17,525 bases of DNA, taken from the NCBI RefSeq assembly GCF_017115095.1, contig NZ_JABXKI010000204.1:24494-42018 (forward strand), given 5' to 3'. Below, piece by piece: positions 1 through 7,525 of this stretch. The stretch is from Nostoc sp. NMS4 (GTDB taxonomy: Bacteria > Cyanobacteriota > Cyanobacteriia > Cyanobacteriales > Nostocaceae). A program made the translations under genes and the position numbers. Position 1 is the first letter of the stretch. Each line of letters opens with the position of its first letter. The notes under the pieces are model-generated. The model did no database searches, was not told the origin of the DNA, and was given only the letters and a program-made list of their open reading frames with translations.

Positions 1-1
1 A

Positions 2-241
2 TATTATACATCTGAACAACGGCGAGTGTTAGATGTGCTTCCAGGTATCACCGATCCAGCTTCAATCAAATTCCGAAATGAAAGTGAACTACTAGAAGAT
101 ACTGCTAACCCGGAAAATGTCTATATTAACGAGATAATGCCTCAAAAATTAGAGTTGAATATGCAATATCTTGGTAAAGATAACTTAGGTTTTGCTCTAC
201 TGATTATCCTTAAAACATTACAACAAGTCATAAGAATTTAG
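2..241 (+). CDS. C-terminal fragment of a bacterial initiating sugar transferase (polyprenyl-phosphate glycosyl-1-phosphate transferase family); the 5' end lies outside the window
   Basis: The frame is open from nt 2 (YYTSEQRRVLDVLPGITDPASIKFRNE...). The 'EQ.RR..V.PGIT' block matches the conserved C-terminal signature of WbaP/PglC-type sugar transferases. The GTG at 26 in the ORF track is probably internal. The gene lies directly upstream of a Wzc-like gene. Confidence 0.65.
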   Translation, partial: YYTSEQRRVLDVLPGITDPASIKFRNESELLEDTANPENVYINEIMPQKLELNMQYLGKDNLGFALLIILKTLQQVIRI

Positions 242-459
242 TAATGGACTACGCCCCGCTAGTTCGTGAGGCGTTTCGTGGAGAAGATAGTAATTCTTAA
301 TTATGTTTCACATAGGACTTTAGTGCCTACCTTAGAAAAGCTATATGTGAAAATAGCGGTATAAAACCCTATATTTAATGGCGACCAACATCACAAATTT
401 AAATTATTAGATAAATTTATTAGATTAAGTTAAGATTATTCAGTATTTAAAATTGATTT

Positions 460-2595
460 ATGGAATCACAAACATCTCCTTTAACATTTTCTTTAATATC
501 TGATAAATATTGGCAAATACTAAAGCGACGTTGGACACCAGGTTTAGCTGTCTTTATCCCAGTGTTTATATTTTTAGTGCTGACTTCATATTTAAAAAAA
601 CCTGCTTATGAGGCAGAGGGAAAGCTACTGTTTCAAAGGACGAATACGATCTCCTCGCTGACGGGAGTAGGAGAGGGGATAGGGAAGCTAGAAGCAGTAG
701 CACAGGATCAGAAAACCAATCCTTTAAACACAGAAGCAGAAATTATTCAGTCAGTCCCTTTAGTGCAACAAACTATAGATAAACTTGCCTTGAAAAACAA
801 TCAAGGCGTAGCCTTAAAACCCAAAGAATTCCTGAAACAGTTAACAGTAAAAGATATTAAGGGTTCTGATATTCTAGAAGTTTCTTACAAGGACAGGGAT
901 GCTAAAAAATCTGCTGAAGTAGTTAATACGGTAATAAATATCTATTTAGAACACAACGTATCTTCTCGAAGAAAAGAAGCAGCATCAGCCCGTAAATTTC
1001 TTCAAAAGGAATTACCAAAAGCTGAATTAATTGTCAGAAAAGCAGAAAGTGAACTAGCAAAGTTTAAAGATAAGAACAAAGTTGTTTCCCTGCAAGAAGA
1101 AACAACTAACTCACTAGATGTGATTGCAGACTTACAAAAGCAATCTAGCCAGGTTCAATCTCAAATTGCCAATCTCAATGCTCAGTCTCAAGATATCCGT
1201 AAACAATTAAATATGAATTCAAAACAGGCGTTTGCTCAGACTTCTCTGAGCCAATCTCCTGGGTTGCAGGATATTCTCAAAGAAGTCCAGCAATTAGAGT
1301 CTCAACTTGCAGTTAGGCGAACTGTTTTGCGGGAATCACACCCTGAAATTATTACCTTAAAAAATAAGTTAGAAGCCTTAAAAAAGATAATACAACAGCG
1401 AACAACACAGGTTTTAGGGACAAATCAAGCACAATTGAATGGTAATTTGCAGATTGGGGCTTTACAACAGCAACTTACTGCAAACTTGATTGGATTAGAG
1501 TCAACTCGTATGGGTTTAGTTAGCCAAGCTGTAACTTTATCCAAATTACAAGCAGTCTACAAACAAAGATTGAAAACTTTGCCCAGATTGGAACAACAAC
1601 AGCGTCAGCTAGAACGCAAAGTACAAGCATCACAATCTACATATTCACTTTTGTTACAAAAATTGCAAGAGAGCCAAATTGCAGAAAATCAGAACGTCGG
1701 TAATGCCAGTTTGATATCTGAAGCCCAAATTCCTGACCAGCCGATTTCTTCTAATATGATTTCGTACTTGAGTTCAGGTTTAGTCGCTGTTCTAGCTGCT
1801 TTGGCGACTATATATATTTTGGAAGTAAGAGATAAAACCATTAAGACTGTTGATGAAGCGAAGGAATTAATAGGATTAACTTTATTAGGTGTAATTCCTG
1901 CCTTTAGCAAGCCTCAAAAGTCTGATTTAAAGGATGAAAAGCAAGACTTATCTACCTCAAAATTTGTTGAGAGAGAAACTTCTCACTCCCCAATTAATGA
2001 AGCTTATCGGATGTTGCGGGCAAATTTGGAGTTTAAACGTGGTGATAAAGAGTTAAAAGTTATTGTTGTCACTAGTTCTGTGCCTAAAGAAGGTAAATCA
2101 ACAGTAGCAGCTAATTTAGCAATAGTAATGGCACAGATGGAATATCAAGTTTTGCTAGTGGACGGGGATTTCCATCATCCAGTTCAACATCAAATTTGGG
2201 AATTAAGTAATAATCAAGGTCTGAGTAATCTGATTCTGGAAGAAGCCCAAATCAGCACTGTTGTCAAAAAAGTTATGAATAATTTAGATGTCCTCACTAC
2301 TGGAGTAGTACCTCCATCGCCAGCATCTCTCCTTGATTCAAAACGGATGGCTTCTTTGATTCAAAGTTTTGCTAACAACTATGATTTCGTAATTATTGAC
2401 ACTCCTTCATTAAATGTTGTCGCCGATGCAGTCACTTTGGGTCAAATGACTGATGGCGTTTTATTGGTAGTTCGTCCGGGGGTAGTTGATTCTGTTCAGA
2501 CCACTGTTGCTTGTGAAATTTTAGAAAAATCTGGTCAGAATGTCTTGGGACAAGTTATTAACGCAGTAGTTGAGGAAAAATTCGCCAAAATATGA
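460..2595 (+). CDS. Polysaccharide co-polymerase / BY-kinase-like protein (Wzc/GumC/ExoP family): Wzz-type periplasmic coiled-coil domain between two TM helices, plus a C-terminal P-loop ATPase domain
   Basis: 711 aa. An N-terminal TM helix (LAVFIPVFIFLVLTSYL) is followed by a long Q/L-rich coiled coil and a second TM helix (LSSGLVAVLAALATIYIL). The CpsD/CapB-like ATPase has Walker A VTSSVPKEGKST, Walker A' VLLVDGDFHHP and Walker B DFVIIDTPS. Confidence 0.9.
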   Translation: MESQTSPLTFSLISDKYWQILKRRWTPGLAVFIPVFIFLVLTSYLKKPAYEAEGKLLFQRTNTISSLTGVGEGIGKLEAVAQDQKTNPLNTEAEIIQSVPLVQQTIDKLALKNNQGVALKPKEFLKQLTVKDIKGSDILEVSYKDRDAKKSAEVVNTVINIYLEHNVSSRRKEAASARKFLQKELPKAELIVRKAESELAKFKDKNKVVSLQEETTNSLDVIADLQKQSSQVQSQIANLNAQSQDIRKQLNMNSKQAFAQTSLSQSPGLQDILKEVQQLESQLAVRRTVLRESHPEIITLKNKLEALKKIIQQRTTQVLGTNQAQLNGNLQIGALQQQLTANLIGLESTRMGLVSQAVTLSKLQAVYKQRLKTLPRLEQQQRQLERKVQASQSTYSLLLQKLQESQIAENQNVGNASLISEAQIPDQPISSNMISYLSSGLVAVLAALATIYILEVRDKTIKTVDEAKELIGLTLLGVIPAFSKPQKSDLKDEKQDLSTSKFVERETSHSPINEAYRMLRANLEFKRGDKELKVIVVTSSVPKEGKSTVAANLAIVMAQMEYQVLLVDGDFHHPVQHQIWELSNNQGLSNLILEEAQISTVVKKVMNNLDVLTTGVVPPSPASLLDSKRMASLIQSFANNYDFVIIDTPSLNVVADAVTLGQMTDGVLLVVRPGVVDSVQTTVACEILEKSGQNVLGQVINAVVEEKFAKI

Positions 2596-2662
2596 AAGGG
2601 CTGGAGCTGTTATTTATGAGAAGGTTTTTGTTGTAATATCATGGGTTTACCTCACCCTCAAT

Positions 2663-2685
2663 CCCTCTCCTTATAAAGGAGAGGG
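2663..2685. terminator. Hairpin between convergent genes (CCCTCTCCTT-ATA-AAGGAGAGGG); candidate bidirectional terminator or a small dispersed repeat
   Basis: A perfect 10-bp stem with a 3-nt loop lies between the Wzc-like stop (2595) and the minus-strand CPBP stop (2757). It has no strong T-tract, so terminator function is inferred only from its position. Confidence 0.4.
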
Positions 2686-2756
2686 AAGCTAGAGACAGGA
2701 TAAAGTTTTGCATCTTATTTAATCCATGTTCCTAAGTAATCAGCCGAACATGATAT

Positions 2757-3353
2757 TTATTTTTTAATTGCCGCCAGTTGCCCCATTTTCCAGAAATAGC
2801 TAGAAATCCAATTCGTAATAATATGAGCGACAATCGGCACTAATAAGTTTCCGGTCAGCAAGGCGCTATATGCTAATATCATCCCAACAATTGTTGCCCA
2901 AATTACATAAGGCCATTGTTGGGAACCGCTAAAATGCAAAATTCCAAAGCAAAGACTGGATACAATTACAGCTGTCAAATCGGAGCCTAGAGCGGACAAC
3001 ATCACACCTCTAAATAATAATTCTTCACTTAACCCTGGTAGTAACCCTAGCCAAATTAAATCTGGTAAAGCTAAAGGCTTGAGTACTACTTCTAGGTAAT
3101 AATCTGCACTTTTACGATAGGCAGTCCACAGGCGATAAGTTAAGCCACTTAAGGCGGTGATGAGGAATCCCAATCCTACACCTAACAGCAACTCTCTTTG
3201 GTTCAAGTCCCAAGAAAATAACGAAAAGTTGCCTAAGTATAACGAAAGTTTGGCGACTATCAACAAAATGATTGCAGTCGCTCCCATCGCCCCAAGTATT
3301 TGGATGCGCGTCAGGTATGGAATTTCTGGCTCTTGCTTTTGTTGTTCAATCAC
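2757..3353 (-). CDS. CPBP family intramembrane glutamic endopeptidase (CAAX protease / bacteriocin-processing family)
   Basis: 198 aa and multi-TM. All three family motifs are present: SEELLFRG (EExxxR), FGILHF (FxxxH) and AHIITNW (HxxxN). Confidence 0.85.
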   Translation of the reverse strand: MIEQQKQEPEIPYLTRIQILGAMGATAIILLIVAKLSLYLGNFSLFSWDLNQRELLLGVGLGFLITALSGLTYRLWTAYRKSADYYLEVVLKPLALPDLIWLGLLPGLSEELLFRGVMLSALGSDLTAVIVSSLCFGILHFSGSQQWPYVIWATIVGMILAYSALLTGNLLVPIVAHIITNWISSYFWKMGQLAAIKK

Positions 3354-3444
3354 GGGTTTTTAAGAAAGAGGGGGCATTGGGCATAGGGGGTAGGGAGATG
3401 AGGGAGATGAGGGAGATAAACAAAACTCCTAACTTCTAACTCCT

Positions 3445-3472
3445 GTACAGACGCGATTAATCGCGTCTGTAC
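3445..3472 (-). terminator. Perfect 28-bp palindrome GTACAGACGCGATT|AATCGCGTCTGTAC immediately downstream of the 3475..4533 gene
   Basis: It has 14+14 bp of perfect dyad symmetry and starts 3 nt after the minus-strand stop codon. It lies upstream of the CPBP start (3353). CTCCT direct flanks and a GAGATGAGG x2.5 tandem (about 3396-3418) are nearby. It could be a terminator, an operator or a dispersed repeat. Confidence 0.45.
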
Positions 3473-3474
3473 TC

Positions 3475-4533
3475 CTAACTTTTAATTACTGACTGCAAAG
3501 GTAATAATTTGGGACGGAGAGCGTTGGGATTGATGCCTGTTTTATGTGCTACTAATACACCTACTGCTTCTAAATATGAGTTTACCTGTATAGATTTTAT
3601 CCCCAGGGGTTGGGGAGGAACTTTTATCAGAGTTTTATTTTCTTCTACTGTAATTATTTGGCATCGTTTTTGGCTTAAACTCAGTAAGGCACTGCTACCA
3701 CAAGCAGTTGCAGGTGCGATCGCAGCATCAACTTCATCAGCCCAAATATCTTCTGGCTGCGATCCGATTGCTCCTCTCTCTATTATAAATTGTGGGGCGC
3801 GACTTAATCCGACAAGGACGCAGGGCAAAAAGGTATAACCTAATTCTTCGGCGGCGGAACGGGGAGATAAATCAGGTTGTGGAGGTTCGCTCAAAAGGGC
3901 GGGAGAATGAGCGCAAGGAATTTGAAAGGTTCGCAATAGCAAATGGCTAATTACGGCTTCTGCACCCGCTAAAGGATCTACGCCTTCACCGTGACGATAT
4001 TTTTGTACTGCTTCTTCATCTATATCATCGGGGAAACGGGCAACAACTGCGATCGCTTCTGCCCCCGCTTTTTTAATTAATATCTCGGCTGCCCGTAATA
4101 AACTATCTGGGTTGCCAATTGTTCCCCAACTCGCTCCCGATGCTGTAGTCCGTAATTCTACGTTTAATGGTGCATCTGTAATTACATAATCTGTTAGGGT
4201 TAATCCCAATGTTGCTCTAACTGCATCGGCTGCTTGTATATGTCGTAGCCGTAACTCTGGCTCTATGCCTTGGTCTAAAAGCAAACCTACCTTGTTGGTG
4301 CGAACTGGACGCAAACCCCAGCACCCAGAGGCGAATTTGTCAAGCCCATAACCTTCAACATAGAAAGCATTGGGGATATTCCAATACAAACTTGCGCCAT
4401 TCAAGACATTGGGGTGAGTAATTAGGCGATCGCAAACCTGTGATATAACTCTAGCAACAGGCAAAGCATCTCCTGCGTAACCCCCAATGGCAGCCCCAAC
4501 GCCTGTTGGTACAATTAATATAGCTGTGTACAT
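3475..4533 (-). CDS. Conserved cyanobacterial/plastid-lineage protein of unknown function (I believe DUF3326 family)
   Basis: A 352-aa uninterrupted ORF with normal composition. The N-terminus MYTAILIVPTGVGAAIGGYAGDA matches my recollection of the DUF3326 signature. The family name is from memory and unverified. Confidence 0.8.
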   Translation of the reverse strand: MYTAILIVPTGVGAAIGGYAGDALPVARVISQVCDRLITHPNVLNGASLYWNIPNAFYVEGYGLDKFASGCWGLRPVRTNKVGLLLDQGIEPELRLRHIQAADAVRATLGLTLTDYVITDAPLNVELRTTASGASWGTIGNPDSLLRAAEILIKKAGAEAIAVVARFPDDIDEEAVQKYRHGEGVDPLAGAEAVISHLLLRTFQIPCAHSPALLSEPPQPDLSPRSAAEELGYTFLPCVLVGLSRAPQFIIERGAIGSQPEDIWADEVDAAIAPATACGSSALLSLSQKRCQIITVEENKTLIKVPPQPLGIKSIQVNSYLEAVGVLVAHKTGINPNALRPKLLPLQSVIKS

Positions 4534-4536
4534 ATT

Positions 4537-4558
4537 GAGTGCTGAGTACTGAGTGCTG
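4537..4558. repeat. STRR-like heptamer tandem repeat GAGTGCT GAGTACT GAGTGCT G
   Basis: Three consecutive 7-nt units lie just upstream of the 3475..4533 gene start. An inverted partner array (the complement reads GAGTGCTGAGTAGTGAGC) sits at 4644-4661. Confidence 0.8.
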
Positions 4559-4648
4559 TTAGCGGATAGCTAAGGTTTAGCCCGTGCTGAGTTAGGAGTT
4601 TGGAGTTATTCTCATTACGCCCTTTTGTTTGCCGATATACCCTGCTCA

Positions 4649-4828
4649 CTACTCAGCACTCTTTGTCACCACGGCTTCAATTGTAGCTTTTTGTTTGTTA
4701 ACGTCCACAGAGGTAACTGCCCAACGTAGGGGTTCGCCTTGTTTCTTCAACTCTGTTTCAATTACTTGTAGTAACTCTGCGGGAGTTTCTTGTAAATCAA
4801 CTTCTGCGGTAATAAAGTGAGTCGTCAT
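4649..4828 (-). CDS. Small conserved-looking protein, 59 aa (MTTHFITAEVDLQETPAELLQVIETELKKQGEPLRWAVTSVDVNKQKATIEAVVTKSAE); not in the supplied ORF track
   Basis: Hand translation of the minus strand gives an ATG at 4828 and a TAG at 4649-4651. The composition is balanced and protein-like, whereas the antisense track ORF 4629..4820 (+) is Cys/Ser-rich and implausible. The ORF probably fell below the track's length cutoff. Confidence 0.5.
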   Translation of the reverse strand: MTTHFITAEVDLQETPAELLQVIETELKKQGEPLRWAVTSVDVNKQKATIEAVVTKSAE

Positions 4829-4922
4829 CTTGATAAATTCTCTTGGTTTGTAGTTTCTAGAATAGCTGATGTCCTCTGCGATGAAATACTTATAATATTA
4901 TTGATCAGATTTGGTAATGTTA

Positions 4923-4975
4923 GTGAACAGTTATTCAGTCATGAATAATCATCCGATATACTGATAACTGTTCAC
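4923..4975 (-). terminator. Stem-loop (GTGAACAGTTAT ... ATAACTGTTCAC) directly downstream of the ferredoxin gene
   Basis: A 12-bp perfect inverted repeat at 4923-4934 / 4964-4975 with a 29-nt loop. It begins 4 nt beyond the minus-strand stop at 4979. Confidence 0.4.
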
Positions 4976-4978
4976 AGA

Positions 4979-5299
4979 TTATTTGTCTTTGCCAAATTGT
5001 AACTGATAAACGATGTCTTCCTTTTCTGTCTTAAGTTTCAAATCAGAAAGGGGTTTGGCAACACAAAGCAATACGTAACCTTGCTTTTGCAAATCTGGAC
5101 TAACGCCCATACCATCAGTTTGATCTACAGTTCCCTCAGATAGTTGACCGGCGCAAGTTGTACAAACACCTGCATTGCAAGAACTCGGCAGTTCCAAGCC
5201 AGCAGCATCGGCAACTGATAAGATCGTTTCATTTTCAGGAACTTGCAAGGTATGAATTTTGCCTTGGTGATCGATTTCTACGGTGTAAATTTTGGGCAT
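4979..5299 (-). CDS. Plant-type [2Fe-2S] ferredoxin with a short C-terminal extension
   Basis: Cluster ligands are present as SSCNAGVCTTCAG...LLC (Cx4Cx2C...C). The track start at 5305 is a TTG; the first ATG (MPKIYTVEI...) is at 5299. Confidence 0.9.
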   Translation of the reverse strand: MPKIYTVEIDHQGKIHTLQVPENETILSVADAAGLELPSSCNAGVCTTCAGQLSEGTVDQTDGMGVSPDLQKQGYVLLCVAKPLSDLKLKTEKEDIVYQLQFGKDK

Positions 5300-5492
5300 A
5301 TACAAAACAAGTGTGATGCAACGGACAAAGGTATTAGTTTATCTGAATTAGTTAAAAATATCCAGATGTTACTATAAAAGTTTAGGTTAAAGAGGAATAA
5401 TTATAGCAACTAATTCTGAACAAGTTATAGATTAGTAATATTATTTACTATACAATACACAAATAAATTAGTTAAATTTGCTTACTATAAAT

Positions 5493-5984
5493 ATGCGCGA
5501 TCGCGTTTCTTTAGAGACTGTATCTGTAAGTCTGCCTTTTGGCATTGGTTCCATGTCTTGGAAAGTTGACACCACACAAAAGAAGGCGGCTTGGTCGCTT
5601 TATGTGGAATTGGTGACACGCATTGCTGTACAACCTTTGGAAGTTGACCAAGGTTTGGTACGAGAAGCGATGAACTCTCTTTATAGTTTATTTGGTACAA
5701 CCCGCGAAGTTCTCAAAGCCGCCGGGCCGGATGTGGGTGCTTCTCGTGATTCTGTGGGGGGAATTGCGATCGCTGTGTTAAATAATGGGTTAAGGCCATT
5801 TTTGGCTAAATGGCATCCCTTGTTGCAAGCATGGGAAGGTAGACGACCTGTGGGGGTGAGTCCCAAAGAACATGAGCAGAGTTGGTCGGAGGAACCCAAG
5901 TTGCGAAGTGAGTTGGAAGTTTTGCGCGGTGGGTTGGAAGATTACGCTAAGGCTTTGGCAAAAATTGCAGGCGTGGAGGAGTGA
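5493..5984 (+). CDS. Hypothetical soluble, probably alpha-helical protein (163 aa from the ATG; 168 aa from the TTG at 5478), co-operonic with the TIR-GUN4 gene
   Basis: Clean ORF with no TM segment and no catalytic motif I recognise (…KKAAWSLYVELVTRIAVQPL…LRPFLAKWHPLLQAW…). Its stop TGA (5982-5984) lies 3 nt before the next ATG, and the downstream gene's Shine-Dalgarno sequence is embedded in its last codons. Confidence 0.75.
   Translation: MRDRVSLETVSVSLPFGIGSMSWKVDTTQKKAAWSLYVELVTRIAVQPLEVDQGLVREAMNSLYSLFGTTREVLKAAGPDVGASRDSVGGIAIAVLNNGLRPFLAKWHPLLQAWEGRRPVGVSPKEHEQSWSEEPKLRSELEVLRGGLEDYAKALAKIAGVEE
5975..5981 (+). promoter_or_regulatory. Shine-Dalgarno sequence GGAGGAG for the TIR-GUN4 gene
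   Basis: GGAGGAG lies 6 nt upstream of the ATG at 5988, inside the 3' end of the upstream ORF. This arrangement indicates translational coupling. Confidence 0.6.
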
Positions 5985-5987
5985 TAA

Positions 5988-7193
5988 ATGCCAAAAGATG
6001 TTTTCCTTTGCCACAATAGCAAAGAAAAAGCACAGGTAGAAAAAATTAGAGCGCAGCTATTACAAGAAGGAATAGATGCTTGGTTAGATAAGTATGATTT
6101 TGAGCCATTTCGACGTTGGCAAGACCAACTTGAAGAAATTATTCCTCAAGTCAAAGCTGTAGCTGTATTTCTCGGTTCCTCTGGTGTAGGGCCGTGGGCA
6201 GATATCGAAATGAAAGAGTTTCTTGTTGAATTTGCGAAGAATCATAAGCTTCGCATAGGCTTAGTTATTCTTCCTGGATGCCCTGATAAACTTATAGATA
6301 CAGTTCCGAGATTCTTAAAAGGCTTTCATTGGGTAGATTTTCGGCTACAAAATCCCGATCCAATGGAACAGTTGATTTGGGGTATTACTGGACAAAAGCC
6401 AAAAACACAACCCATCACTTTATCTCAACTGCCTCAAAAACCTTCAGACAGAAGACAATTTTTGAAATGGGTAGGTTGGGGAAGTCTAGGCTTAGTAACA
6501 TCAGTCGTGGGTGCAGGGATTTTGAGTCAAGGAGGAAATCTGCCCGTTGTAACAAATAATAAACCTACAAACACTGAATCATCTCAGACTGCAATACCAG
6601 AAACAAAGCCTACTAGCAGCATCCCTCTAAGGGAGCAACGGGAAGAACGCAACTCACTTGAATCAGAGAGAGGCATTAACTATACCAAACTACGCGACTT
6701 ATTAGTAGCAAAAAACTGGAAGGAAGCCGACAAAGAAACCTATCGGGTGATGCTTCAGGCTGTAAAGTATGAATATGGCAACTATTTCACCTCAGAGGAA
6801 CTCTTTAAATTTCCTTGCACTGACTTACGCACAATTGACGGCTTATGGGTAAGATACAGCAATGGACACTTTGGCTTCAGCGTCCAGAAGGAAATTTACT
6901 TGAGCGTTGGCGGTAAAGCTGACGGCAAGGATTACGAAGAAGCCTGGAAAAAGTTTGGCGATCGCGTAGGATGGAGAGTGAATAGTAGTTGGATAAATTA
7001 CTCTGACGTAAATTATGATACAGCCTCGCCAAAAGGACACCTCCCTTACAGATTAGATCATCGGAGTGCAGAGGAGGTAGAAGATATACTAGGTACACAA
7101 AAGAAGCATGGAGGTTTAATACCAAACTCGGCGGTGGAAGTATTACCATTTTCTTCTCTCGCATCGAGACTTGTAAACTGTAACACGCCCTAA
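5988..7193 (+). CDS. TIR domain / Tat-like RRxFLK single-pass TM segment / GUN4 (porphyrin-binding) domain fusion protein
   Basis: 401 aa. Residues 3-135 form a TIR_2-like domain (DVFLCHNSKEK..., ...GPWADIEMKEF with candidate catalytic Glu74 at nt 6207-6209). Residues 154-180 read SDRRQFLKWVGWGSLGLVTSVVGAGIL. Residues ~229-335 carry GUN4 domain signatures (LLVAKNWKEADKET..., FPCTDLRTIDGLWVRYSNGHFGFSVQKEIY, WKKFGDRVGW). Confidence 0.88.
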   Translation: MPKDVFLCHNSKEKAQVEKIRAQLLQEGIDAWLDKYDFEPFRRWQDQLEEIIPQVKAVAVFLGSSGVGPWADIEMKEFLVEFAKNHKLRIGLVILPGCPDKLIDTVPRFLKGFHWVDFRLQNPDPMEQLIWGITGQKPKTQPITLSQLPQKPSDRRQFLKWVGWGSLGLVTSVVGAGILSQGGNLPVVTNNKPTNTESSQTAIPETKPTSSIPLREQREERNSLESERGINYTKLRDLLVAKNWKEADKETYRVMLQAVKYEYGNYFTSEELFKFPCTDLRTIDGLWVRYSNGHFGFSVQKEIYLSVGGKADGKDYEEAWKKFGDRVGWRVNSSWINYSDVNYDTASPKGHLPYRLDHRSAEEVEDILGTQKKHGGLIPNSAVEVLPFSSLASRLVNCNTP

Positions 7194-7197
7194 CGGG

Positions 7198-7221
7198 AAG
7201 TCAAAAGTCAAAAGTCAAAAG
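7198..7221. repeat. STRR-like heptamer repeat (AAGTCAA)x3 plus a partial unit
   Basis: Three perfect 7-nt units start 5 nt after the TIR-GUN4 stop. A degenerate copy (GGAAGTCAAAATTCAAAAGG) follows the stop of the 8542..8937 gene at about 8949-8968. Confidence 0.85.
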
Positions 7222-7222
7222 C

Positions 7223-7513
7223 TTATTTTCCTAGCTTTGCTTTAGTTGTTACGATTGATTTAGCAATAATTTTAATTAATTGTTCACACTCATCTAAAAT
7301 ATTTCTAACTTGTGCCTCAGTCATCATTTCTGATTTAATTAACAGCTTCAACCAGTATTTTGTTTCTTTTGCTTCTTTTAGTGCTATTGATTGCTTGCTA
7401 ATAAAATTCCTATCACTCTCAGCAGACTGAGACTCTTCAATATTTGCACCAATTGATGTCCCTGATCTGAATAACTGAGCAGCTAATTGTTTGAAAAGTC
7501 GTTGGCTGTGATT
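7223..7513 (-). pseudogene. 5'-truncated four-helix-bundle protein gene (23S rRNA intervening-sequence protein family)
   Basis: The minus-strand frame is open for 96 codons (...RLFKQLAAQLFRSGTSIGANIEESQSAESDRNFISKQSIALKEAKETKYWLKLLIKSEMMTEAQVRNILDECEQLIKIIAKSIVTTKAKLGK*). This matches helices 2-4 of the family (SIGANIxE, E.KYWL). There is no start codon and helix 1 is missing. The frame breaks at the edge of the repeat element starting at 7526. Confidence 0.6.
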
Positions 7514-7525
7514 TTAATTGCATTT

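Noticed and set aside
4629-4820. Track ORF (63 aa, plus strand), Cys/Ser/Thr-rich
   Set aside because: It is antisense to a more plausible 59-aa minus-strand ORF (4649-4828). It has no RBS and an odd composition.
5312-5327. CRP/NtcA-like dyad TGTGATGCAACGGACA (TGT-N10-ACA) near the ferredoxin gene
   Set aside because: Only the left half-site matches TGTGA. The site lies about 13 nt from the ferredoxin ATG, which is too close to be an activator site for that gene. It is about 165 nt from the divergent gene, and no -10 element sits at the right distance.
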